From NCBI RefSeq assembly GCF_964194155.1, contig NC_135894.1, positions 46,562,001 to 46,626,000 of the forward strand: a stretch of DNA of 64,000 nt, in the 5' to 3' direction. The notes beneath the pieces are model-generated. The model saw nothing but the letters and a program-made list of their open reading frames with translations, was not told the origin of the DNA and ran no database searches. Source of the DNA: Cetorhinus maximus. Its lineage: Eukaryota. The position numbers and the translations under genes are program-made. Shown here in pieces: positions 38,101 through 50,100 of the stretch. Position 1 is the stretch's first letter, and the number at the start of each line of letters is the position of its first letter.

Positions 38101-41100
38101 GCAAGGGATGGCCGCTGTACTCCTCAGATTGCAAAGTATGATGGAGGAGTCTGTCCATCTTCAGGATGAGGTGATAGTGCCGGCATTGCAATGCACCGAG
38201 GCCAACACTGGCAGGATGGCAGCCGCCATGGAGACCTTGGTCCAGGACATCACTCCTGCACTGCTACGCAGACTTAACTCCATTATTGATGCCATAGTGT
38301 GCCAACAGTGTATATGCGAGAGAGGTGCTGGGCCGCTCAATCTCACTCCAGCTACCCCTTCCGCTCACGGAGTCAGCCAGGGATCCTTGGGCACCCATAG
38401 GGAGGAGGATCAGCAGGTGCATGCTCCGGGGTCATCCACCCAGGCGACTCTGGGTGTGACCAGCTCATGTGACTCCCCTCTTTCTGTGACCTCCACAGAT
38501 CCAGCTCCACAAGCCAAGGTAGGTGTCACTGCCACACAGCAGGACCCCAAAAGCAGGCCAGGGCCCTCCAAGTCTAGGCCCTCCAGAGGACACCCGCCAA
38601 TGTCATCACAGACAGGGCATCACAGTCAGCAGAGTGCCTCCACCTCTGCTGTGGATGTCCGGGGAGCGCCAAGGCTTAGGGGCAGGGTTAGGAAAGTTAG
38701 GTAAAAGTAGTTGCACAGCCTGGGCCCAAGTATTGAGCACTTGTACATAATGTTCCCTATTGTCATAATAAATTCCTAAGAATGTCCTCCTGCCTATGGC
38801 TCCTTGTTCAGATGAGCAGTGTTCTTGTCACTCAGATGGATGTGAAACCTTTCTGCACAAAATAAAAGGCAGGTGTCTCAGTCCAGGGCCTCTTCCCTGT
38901 GCTCTGTGCAGTCTTCAGACCACAGTGATTGTCCAGCCTCACAACTCCCTGAAAACATTATTGATGCCTGCACCTCTGCAGTGCTGGTCATTGCTGCCAG
39001 CATGAAGTGGGCAGGCGTCACAGAGTTCTCTCATACTCTCTGTGTGCTCTCAGCACTTTTAAAGTGGGGCTGGCCCCCATCACACTAACATCTGTGACCA
39101 GTGATGCTGTGTACCAGCTCCTGAAGGACTGAGATGCTGAAAGCGGACACAGCATCAGATGCGTCTAAAGTTTCATGGTTGTGTCTATGAGATGGCTCTG
39201 ATCATGGAGCACAAGCAAGCTGCCCTCAGCCAGACAGGAGTCAGACATTCTCAGAGGCTATGTGAAGATCTATGCAGTGTCCTCACAGTGTGTTGTCATC
39301 ATCCTCCTGCGAGCAAGCGACTATTAGGGCCTCCACTGCATCGCCATGACAGGGGCAATCTCACAGAGGGTGTTGGCGCTGCGATAAGCCAGACTGGAGT
39401 CAAATGTTCACAACTGCGATGTGAGGATTTACGAGGACACCTCACTGCATGTCGTCATCATCCTCCACAAATCTGGCAGCTATGAGGGCCTCCCAAGTGC
39501 GCCTGCCTCATCTAGCCAGTGCGAGAGCCTCATCCCCATCGTCACCACTGAGAACCCCGTCACCCTCATCCCCGTCGGCAACATACTCATCAGAGGAGAT
39601 GTGCAGCTCCTCCAACTCCTCCTCAGCCAGCTCCTCACCTCGTTGCAGCGCCAGGTTGTAAAGGGTGCAGCAGACAACGACGATGTGTGACACCCTCTGC
39701 AGGTGGCCACCAGACCGGTCCAGGCACCGGAACCGCATCTTCAGCATCCCAATGGTCTGCTCCACCAAGGTGCAAGCTGTAGCATGAGCCTCATTATAGC
39801 GTCACACTGCTGCAGTCTGAGGCCGCAGCACCGGTGTCATCAGCCACGGCCTCTGCCCAAGGGGCCAACCCTGAAGCCTCTGTGAACCCTGGAAGACTGC
39901 AGGGGTCTGCAAGTGAATCAGGATGTTGGCATCATGCACACTCCCTGGAAACCGTGTGCACACCTGCAGGATGCGTTTCTGGTGGTCGGATACCAGCTGT
40001 ATGTTCAGTGAGTGGAAGCCCTTGTGGTTGATGAAGTCCACTGAGTGTAGCGACAGAGACCTGAGTGCCTCATGAGTGCAGTCAATCACACCCTGCACCT
40101 GTGGGAATCGCAAGATCAGGGCAAATCCAATGGCCCTTGCATCCTGGCTGTCCCGGTCCCGGGCGAAATGCACAAAGTTGTGTGCCATGGAGAAGATGGC
40201 ATCCGTGACCTCAAGGCTGCATTTGTGGGTGGCGGATTGTGAAATCCCACAGAGGTCACCTGTGAAGCCCTGAAAGTAGCCACTGGCATAGGAATTAAGC
40301 ACCGCGGTCACTTTCACAGCCACTGGCAGTGGATGCCCTCCATGTCCCCTTGGTGCCAAGACCTGCAGTAAGTGGCAGATGTGAGCCACCAGGTCCCTAG
40401 ACATGCGCAGTCATCGGCAACACTGGTACACAGTCACCTGCAGGAATGACAGGCGGCATCCGTAGACCTGGGTGTTGCTAGGCGCCAACCAGCCACGGCT
40501 CACTGTCGCCCCTGGGCAGTGTGTGCGGGAGCCCCAGCAGCGCCTTCTTCATGAGATGGCTGCTCCTGCCTTTGTGCGGCCAGGTGCCTCAGTCACTCTC
40601 TCCTCCATCTTCTACAGTTTCTGTAGGCCATCAGGCATACAGCTAGATCACCAGGATCCATCAGCCTGTCATGGTCCTCCTACAGCATGAAAGAGAGTGA
40701 GAGATGTGATTATCATGGCTGTACTTAGCACCGTTCCTGGCCCTGTGTGACCGCTCCTTAATGCTTCCCGGAGAGTGCTGGTCACCCCTCGGATGACCAG
40801 AGATGAGTGCGCTGCATGGCTGCCCTGTCAACCTGCGACATGGGGGACACTGTTCCAAACCAGGATGCTGACATTGCGCGCCTCTAGCAGTGATTGCTAC
40901 ATGACCAGCATTGGCGAGGAGATTGTACAACATGTGGAGTCCAACTGCTCCACGGTCCAATAAAGTGGTGGCAGACTCAAAATCTGTGCCGGTGGGGTGG
41001 GGGGGTCGGGGTAGGGAGTGGGGGCAGGGCAGGGTGGGGTGGGGGTAAGGTATGGAGCACTTGGTGGCCCTTTGTTGCCTCTGTGATGCTTGTATGGACG

Positions 41101-44100
41101 GACAGGCTAGGAGCCTGACCTCAATCATATCACTGTGGCTGTGCCTAATCTGTCTCAGTTGCAGAGGCCTGGTCAGTTTGCATAGGTGTCCCTAATGTGT
41201 GGCCACTTCCCTCGCTTACCCTGCCCCCACCTCGATTGCCTGTACGTGGGATGTAGCGCCAGAGCAGCACTTGACCCTCCCTGCCCCCACCCCCACCCCC
41301 CTCCCTGCGTGCTGTTGTGAAACACATCGGCATGCTTTCCCACTGATGTGGACTGAAGGTATGACAGGGTTCCAAGAGCCTGGTGGGATGGCCTTTTAAT
41401 TATATGTTATTGTATCACAATTAGCTCCCCGCCAACCGATGGCGAGAAATGTAGCCTGCCGTCAGTGGGCTGAGTGGAAGGTCACGTTCTGCCTTCACGC
41501 CGTCGTGAAGTGGGTCCCGCCATATTTTCCACACACATCACCCATCACGCCTGCCACCAGCAGGCTCAGAAAATTCCGCCCTATATGTTTCCATACATAT
41601 TGTGTACATTTTCTGTAATTGTTGCATTTAGTTTCTGTATCACTTATGTTGTCACACTTTGCTGATGGAACCCAAGGTGTAGCACCCCTGAATCTGAGCC
41701 AGAAGTATGTTGATTAACACCCCATTCCAAAAACTTTAGGCACAATCTCAGCTGATATTTCAGTGCAACACTGAAGGGATGCAGCATTGTCAGTGATGCC
41801 ATCTTCAGGTGAGACAATAAACTGAGGCCCTTTCCGCCATCTCAGGTGAATAAAAATTCCCATGGCACTATTTGAAAGAGAGAACAGGAGCTTTCTCCAG
41901 TTTCTCCCTGATCTCCTGGTCATTATTTATTCCTTATCTAACATCACTAACACAGGTTATCTAGTCACCAGCTGTTTGTGGGATCTTTTATTGGCTACCT
42001 TGTTTCCTACAATGCAATAGTTACAACATTTCAAAACAACTTCATTGACTGTAAACTACTTTGGAATATCCTACAATGATGAAAGATCCAATATAAATAA
42101 ACATTTTTCTTTCTTTAATTCCCATGGTCAAACCAATATATTCTCCAGCTCACCATGAGCAGTACCATGGGAGATCTCCTAATGCCTCTGCATCACCGTA
42201 TATAGTGATCAGCAGAGAGCAGCTGCTATGTTAGGAAAACTACAGATAACTTAATTAATAATATTAAAAACCATTGCATTTTGAAAATAAGTAAAACAAA
42301 TTTTCTGAGGATAATAAACTGCATTGATAAGAGATTTAATGGCTTTTAATTGTATAATACTGCACTTTACAAGAATGATTCTAATTTTAGCTGCACATGC
42401 TAATTATCACATGATATGTTACTAATTTCTTGCTAAGTAGAATCTTTTCCTAATTTATAACTCCAACCAAAAATCAAGTTATCCCTCTGCAGAGGAATGC
42501 ATGATGGTCCACGCTGTTGATGATGCTAAACAACATGTTTAGCATCATCAACAGCGATGTTGGTTAGCCCATTAAGAGATTACAATCTGGGACTGGGAGG
42601 GGATACAGTTGAAGGATCTCACTTCCTCAATTTTCTCATTATATTTTTGCAACCAAGTTGACTCCTGAGAGTAGAAAAAGTTCACCGAAAGGTTTAGCTT
42701 AGGTGAAAAATTGTATATATTTCTTACGTGAAAATTTTGATTTTGGGGTTATTCAGAGGATGGTAACCAAAAGAGATCTATTCTATAAATGTGACTTACC
42801 TAAATCCTTTTTAACTAGAAGTATTTGTTAACATGTTTATCCACAGATGTTTACAAAGAAGCATTTCAGCTCTTTGCCAGGTCTTTGCTTGAGCAATTCC
42901 ATTCGCATCCTACTGCAATTTTCTTTTGCTTTTAATTTGTTGTCAGGATGTGGGTGATTCTGCCAGTGTGAGTTATTGCCCAGAGAAGGTGAGGGTTTGA
43001 CTTGTTTGACCTACTTTCGTGAGATTGAAATCGCATATAGGTCAGACTGGTTTGAAGGGCATTCTTGAAATAGTTTGCTTTTTCCAAAAGCTAGCAAATT
43101 TTTTAACCTCTTCTTCTTCGACTTCTCCCATTTTACTCAGGGTCATCACAATGCTGGGTGATCCCCCTTCTCCATCTCTCGCTATCAGTCACCCATTCCT
43201 CGTCCAATCCCGTAAGGATGAAATATCCTTCCATCTGGCCTTAGGCCTTCCTCTTCTCCTTCTTCCTGACAGTCCCATCTCCATCACTCACCTCACCACA
43301 TTTCCTCTCTCTCTCACTCACTCCGCAGCAGGTGACCATACCCTTTCAAACTCTTCTCGCCTACTTTCCTTGATTCTCCCACAATCTTCACACCCCCGCC
43401 CCAATGTGCTGTCTCCTGATTTTGTCCTTTTTCGTAACTCCACACATACATCTCAACATCTGCATCTCATTACTATCCAGTTGTTGTTTCCCTCTCCTTG
43501 ATATTGCCCAAGTTTCTGCACTACATAATAAGGCTGGTGTCAAAACTGTCTTGTAGTTTCTTCCTTTCAGTTTCAGCAATATTTTTCTATTGTTAGTTTT
43601 CCCCAGGTTTTGGGCACAGTTGTCGCAACGTATGACCTGCCCGTGCCAGTCCTATTGGAGGTGGACAGCGTGAAAACTTGGTCCTCCCACCTCATTTACC
43701 TGATTGCAGCCAGAAGGATTACTTGATGCTGACTGCCTCTTTGCTCTGCTTGCTTCCTGCACTGAGAAAGGGCCAGGAAAGTGTTGTGCTGAGAGCAAGT
43801 GGCTCAGTCGGTCTGCTCCTTTTAAAGATAATGTGCACTGAATAAGATTGCTGCAAATTAAAACATGGAAAATGGAACAACAGGGCAGAGAGAGGGTTCA
43901 AGGGTGATGATTGCAGTCTTGGAGGCATTAGTAGTAAGATGGGAAAGGGGAGAGATGCCATGCTTCTACATGGGGCCGAGGCCCTCAAGGACAACTCTCA
44001 GAAGAGGGTGGGAGCAAGTGGCCAGGAAGGTCTACTCCCACAGTCTGGACCTTCGGACCTGGCAGCAGTGCCACAAGAAGTCTAATAACCTCACACAGGC

Positions 44101-47100
44101 GGTCAAAGTCAGCGAATCCATCTTCACATGACATCTCCTACCCACCACACCACCAGCCTCTCAGGCTGCTCAATGCACCAAATCCCCAACACTTGCCCAG
44201 AAGCATCCCTAGCACTCAGGACTTATGCTTAACATCCAGGATTAGATTCACTTTCACACACCTACTAGCATTGCCAACCTCATACCCACCATTCACAGTC
44301 TCCACATACCATCTAGCTATTCAGCTATGGCAAACACATACCTAAACACAGTGCCACACAATCACTGGCATTTTACCCTCTCTCTTACAGGGCAAAGTGA
44401 CACACTATAGAAGGGAGCATAGCAGGGGGCAAGGACAAATGTATCTCCTGAGCCCTATGGAGGGGATGGCTTAGCATCATGGGGTCAGCTGTGACAGAGC
44501 CTGTGGCATGCATCATCACTGAGAACAAGGAGTATGATAGTATGTTCTTGCCTTATGGCCCTTCAAAACTCCCAGCTCAATCTCATCCTGCCATCTGGAA
44601 TAATACATAAACTGTTGATGGCATGATCATCATGGACTTCTTGTTCCCATCTTCTCTCAGGCCAACCTTCCTCTTTCAGATTCCTGCTTTCAGACATCCA
44701 GCTCCAAGTTGGCACTGGACATTGGGCAGAGTTTGCCCTCAGCAAACCCAAAACACTCCAGAATATCTTGCACAAACATAAGTTCTTAAAAAGGACCTTA
44801 CCCACAATATGGGCACCTGGCTCATTAAGTAGCGCTAGAGCAAGGCCCCATCTTGAAGCTTGTTGTACAAGGAGTGACAAAGAATTAAGTTTCTGGGACT
44901 CACATGGGCCAAATTTGGTACCCTGGCATCACATCAGCTGGTTGATTCACAGGCTTCACTGGATGCCTGCATAGGTACCTTTTTCCTGATGCAGCGCTGT
45001 TTCACAAAGATGAAAGAAGAATTTCTCACCCTACATTTCCTACTTACGTGGCAGAACAAGCAAGTGTATATAACCACAATTTTTAGAAAAGACTAAAATA
45101 TTTGTCATATCAATATAAATGTGTTTTAGAAAATGGTCTCAGCCAGATATAAGGCGAAAAGGAATTCTGTAACATTTGTATCAAAGGATTAAATCTGACC
45201 AGGTTTGTGATATTCGTTGAGTCAACTAAATTTCTTTGTAGATGTCACGACCTACAGTCAGAAATTATTTTACTTTGGTGACTGGGCAGTTTCTCCTTGA
45301 AGTGTTGGTAGTAGTTAGTACTGGTCAAATTCATTGGCCTCGATTTTGCTGCAAAGAAATGGGAAGTTTAATGGGCTCTCCGTTATTAATCTGTGAACTG
45401 TCCAGCAACTTGTGGTGAGAAGGAGATCCCCCATGAATAGTGAGTCACTGGAGGTTGCTGTTGAACTCAGTGAAAACAACAGTTCAGCCCAACCTCCCTG
45501 TTAATTTCATGAAGGCTCTATTTGCAAATTAATTTCCAATTGAATTTGCCACATAGAGTTCAGGCTGCTAATTCATAGTGTCAGTACCTTTGCAATGACA
45601 CAATTTATGTTTTTGCAACGTCACTGAATCTTTTTGGTCCAGAATTTATTTTTATTCTTTCATAGGATGTGTGCTTCGCTGACAAGGTCAGCAGCCAGGG
45701 GGTTACCATTGACCAGAACCTGAACTGCACTAGCCATATGAAGACTCTGGCTACAAGAGCAGGTCAGAGGCTAGGAATCCTGCGACAAGTAACTCATCTC
45801 CTGACTCCCCAAAGCCTGTCCACTATCTAAAAGGCACAAGTCAGGAGTGTGATGGAATACTCCCCACTTGACTGGATGAGTGCAGCTCCCACAACACTCA
45901 AAAAGGTTGACACCATCCAGGACAAAGCAGCCCACTTGATAGGCACCACATCCACAACATTAACTCCCTCCACCACTGACGCACAGTAGCACCAGTGTAT
46001 ACCATCTACAAGATGCACTGGAGGAATTCACCAAGGCTCCTCAGACAGCACATTCCAAACCCACGACCACTACCACCTAGAAGGACAAGGGAGGCAGATA
46101 GATGGAAGTGGAAGTTCCCCTCCAAGTCACTACTATCCTGACTTGGAAATATATCGCCGTTCCTCCACTATCGGTGGGTCAAAATCCTGGAACTCCCTTC
46201 CTAACAGCACTGTGGGTGTACCATCTGGAGTGCAGCAGTTCAAGAAGGCAGCTCAGCACCACCTTCTCAAGGGCAACTAGGGATGGGCAATAAATGCTGG
46301 CCCAGCCAGCAAAGCCGACATCCTGTGAATGAATTAAAAAAAAATAAAAAATTTGCCCATCCCTAAATTCCCTTGAGAAGTTTCTGGTGAGCTGCCTTCT
46401 TGATATGTTCTACTGTGGGGTCGCTTTACTTGTGAACCAGTTGCATGCTTATCTGTCGGCGGGTGCGTTGATAACAATATAATGCAGGCACAGAGACCAA
46501 TATGGGGTGAAGCACATGCCATTTATTTACACAGACTACAGAGTGCTAACATGATGTGTGCTTCTCCAACCAGACCCTACTCTGGACTAACCTTAACATT
46601 GTAACCCGCGCTACACAGCTTTTGGGACATACAGTCACATGGTCAATCTGTTCACATTCTCTTAAAGTTGTAATGTACCTCAGATTACCACATCCCTTCC
46701 CCTTTACTTGAAGGCACAATTTACAATATATTAACTATTTACATAAATAAACTATTTACAAATTCAGTCTCTCCTGAGGCTTTTTCAAATGTGTCGACCG
46801 TCGTAGTTCTACCACTTCAGATGGTTTATCTGAGGCCTCCCTCTCAGGAGTTACCTGTCCACTAGGCTCCCCAGTAGGAACTGTAAATTTGCCTCTTCGA
46901 CTCTCTCAGGGTCATCAGATCCTAAAGATACTTCCAAAGCAAGGGGAGTTCCTCCTGCCGGTGGTGTAGACTCCAACTGGAATGTCTTCACTCTCATTCG
47001 ACCCCCATCGCATGCACTCCGTCTGCCCCTCCCCTCCAAGTTCAAGAATATGAAGGGCAATTGTAAGGTAGGTTCTGAAAATCAGGATGTTGGCAAGGCT

Positions 47101-50100
47101 AAATTCAACATGGAATGATCATCTGCCTGCCATGTGTAATAAAATTCTAGGCCTTGTTAGTAATTCCGCTTTTTCTTTCTTTTGATGGGTTTTCTCTTGG
47201 CAGCACTGACTTTCATCTCGGCTTTCTTTTCAATTTCCCTATTGGCCAGACTAGGCTCAAATATGAGCTCAACTTGAGTGAACTCAGTGGTTGAGTCTTC
47301 CAGTATTTCCTCACCTATCAGCTCCTTTGAAAACTCAGGGGTGTCTATTTTTAAAACTTCTTGGCTTCCACATAGCTGATTCTTCAGCTCTTCCAGTTTT
47401 TAAAAATATTTGTTAGTTGTTTCCTGGCTGCTACATAGCAAGCAACTGTCTCTCCAGCAACGTGACACCTCGAATTGAATTTAAAATGTTGCGTTGTTAC
47501 CGAGGGTTTTAGCTGAAAGTGGGTTTTAGCTGAAAGTGGCTTTTCATAAGATTCTCCAACTCACCATAGCCCTGGGAATCTGGACATTGGGTGCAGTTAG
47601 ACTACGAATTAGGGCGTATGTTTTACTGCCACATGTCAATAAGAGGACCGCCCGCCTTTTCTCCTCCCCTGATATGTCATTGGCCAAAAAGAAAAGCGTG
47701 AGGCATTCAATATAATGTGACCAGTCATCGGTGGTCTGATCAAACGGTTCGATGCGGCCCAATTGTGGCACACTGGAGGGCGATAACTTCGACGACTATG
47801 GTGAGGGTTTTACTTACAATCGGCCTGCAAGGCACAGCTGACCCACTTCAGTTGAGTTTTCGTGGCTTTCCTTGGTGTCGTTGACTGATCGTGTTTTTCC
47901 TCATCGCCACTTGTTATGTTCTACTGTGGGGTTGCTTTGCTTGTGTACCGGTTGCACACTTATCTGTCGGTGGGCATGTTGATAACAACATATTGCAGAT
48001 GCAGAGACCAATATGGGGTGAAGCACGTGCTATTTATTTACACAGGCAACAGGGCACCTTCATGATGTGTGCTTCTCCAACCAGACACTACACTAGACTA
48101 ACATTAACATTGTAGCCCACGCTATACAGCTATTGGGTGATAGAGTCACGTGGTCAATCTGCTCACATTCTCTTCAAGGTGTATTGCACCTCAGAACCAC
48201 ACTTCTTAAACCCTGCAGTCCATCTGCTGTAGGTACACCCACAGGGCTGTTAGGAAGGGAGTTCCAAGTTTTTGACCATGCATCAGTGAAAGAACGGCAA
48301 TGTGATTCCAAGTCAGGATGGTGTATGACCTGGAGGGGAACTTGCAGGCGGTGACACCTGTTGTTCTTATCCTTCTTGAGGTAGAGGGCACAGATTTAGA
48401 AGATGCCTTTGAAGGAGGCTAGGCAAGATCCTACAGTGCATCTTGTAGATATACACACTGCTGCCACTGTATGCCGAGGGATGGGCAGAATATGTGGCAG
48501 TGGATGCAGCGCCAATAAAGCAGGTTGGATGGTATTGAATTTCGAGTACTGTTGAACTGTGCTCATCCAGGCAAGTGGAGAGTATTCCATCACAGTTTTG
48601 ATTTGTGCCTTGTAGATGATGGACAGGCCTTGGAAGGTCAAAAGGTGAGTTAGTTGCCGCAGAATTCCCAGCCTCTGACCTGCTCGTGTAACCACAGTAT
48701 TTATATGGCTGATCCAGTTAAGTTTGGTAACTCCCAGGATGTCGATAGTGAGGGATTCAGTAATGACAATACTGTTAAATGTCAAAAGGAGATGATTAGA
48801 TTCTCTCTTGTTGGAGATGGTCACCACCTGGCAGCTGTGTGGCATGAATTTTCCTTGTCACTTATTAGCCTAAGCCTGAATGTTGTCCAGGACTTGCTGC
48901 ATATGGACAAAGACTGCTTCAGTATCTGAGGAATCACGAATGGTGCTGAACATTGTGCAATCATCAATGAACATCCCCACTTCTGGCCTCATGATGGAAG
49001 GAAGGTCATTGATGAAGCAGCTGAAGATAGTAAGACACTATCCTGAGGAACTCCTGCAGTGATGTCCTGGGACTGAGATGATTGACCTCCAACAACCACA
49101 ACCATCTTCTTCTGTGCTAGGCATGACTCCAATCTGTGGAAAGTTTTCCCCATGATTCCTATTGACTTCAATTTTGTCAGGTCTCCTTGATGTCATACTC
49201 AGTCAAATGCTGCCTTTCTGTCAAGGACAGTTGCTCTCAACTCACCTCTTGAATTCAACCCATTTTCCCTTGTTGGGCCAAAGCTAGAATGAAGTCTGGA
49301 GCTGAGTGGTTCTGGCAGAACCCCAACTAAGCACTCATGTACAGGTTATTGCTAAGTGCCACTTGATAGCACTATCAACAAAACCTTCCAGCACTTTGAT
49401 GATGATTGAGAGGAGACTGATGGGGTGGTAATTAGCCATATTGGATTCATTCTGCTTTTTGTGGCCAATTTTCCACATTGTTGGGTAGATACCAGTGTTG
49501 TAGCTGTAAAGAAACAGCTTGGTTAAGGGTGCAACTAATTTTGGAGCACAAGTCTTTACAGCACTACAGCCGGGATGTTATCAGGGTCCATAGCCTTTGC
49601 AGTTTCCAGTGCCTTCAGCCACTTCTTGATATCACGTGGAGTGAATCAAATTGGCTGAAGACTGGCATCTGTGCTGGTGGTGACCTCAGAAGGATGCCGG
49701 GATGGATCATTCACTCGGCCCTCTTGCTGTAGATGGTTGCAAATGCTTCAGCCCGGTCTTTCGCACAGATATGCTGGAGTCCCCCACCATTGAGGACAGG
49801 GATATTTGTAGAACCTTCACCTATTATTATTTGTTTAATTGTCCACCATCATTCACAATTGGATGTAGCAGGACTGCAGAGCTTTGATCTGATTAGCTGG
49901 TTGTGGGATTGTTTAGCTCTGTCTATGCTGCTTCCACATTTTAACATGCAAGTAGTTCTGTGTTCTGGCTTCATCAAGTTGATACCTCACTTTTAGGTAT
50001 GCCTGGTGCCACTCCAGGCACGCTCTCCTTCACACTTCATTGAACCAGGATTGATCGCCTGGCTTGATGGGAATGGTAGCGTAAGGGATATGGCTAGGCC

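Larger units (their letters stand above)
36781..41581. mobile_element. Full-length PIF/Harbinger transposon, 4801 bp
   Basis: Perfect 13-bp TIR GGGCGGAATTTTC / GAAAATTCCGCCC, 3-bp TSD TAT (36778-36780, 41582-41584), convergent Myb/SANT and transposase genes. Confidence 0.93.

Noticed and set aside
37057-40675. Domesticated host genes HARBI1/NAIF1
   Set aside because: The ORFs are frameshifted, lack the GDxGY motif, lie between TIRs with a TSD, and have several paralogous decayed copies in the window.
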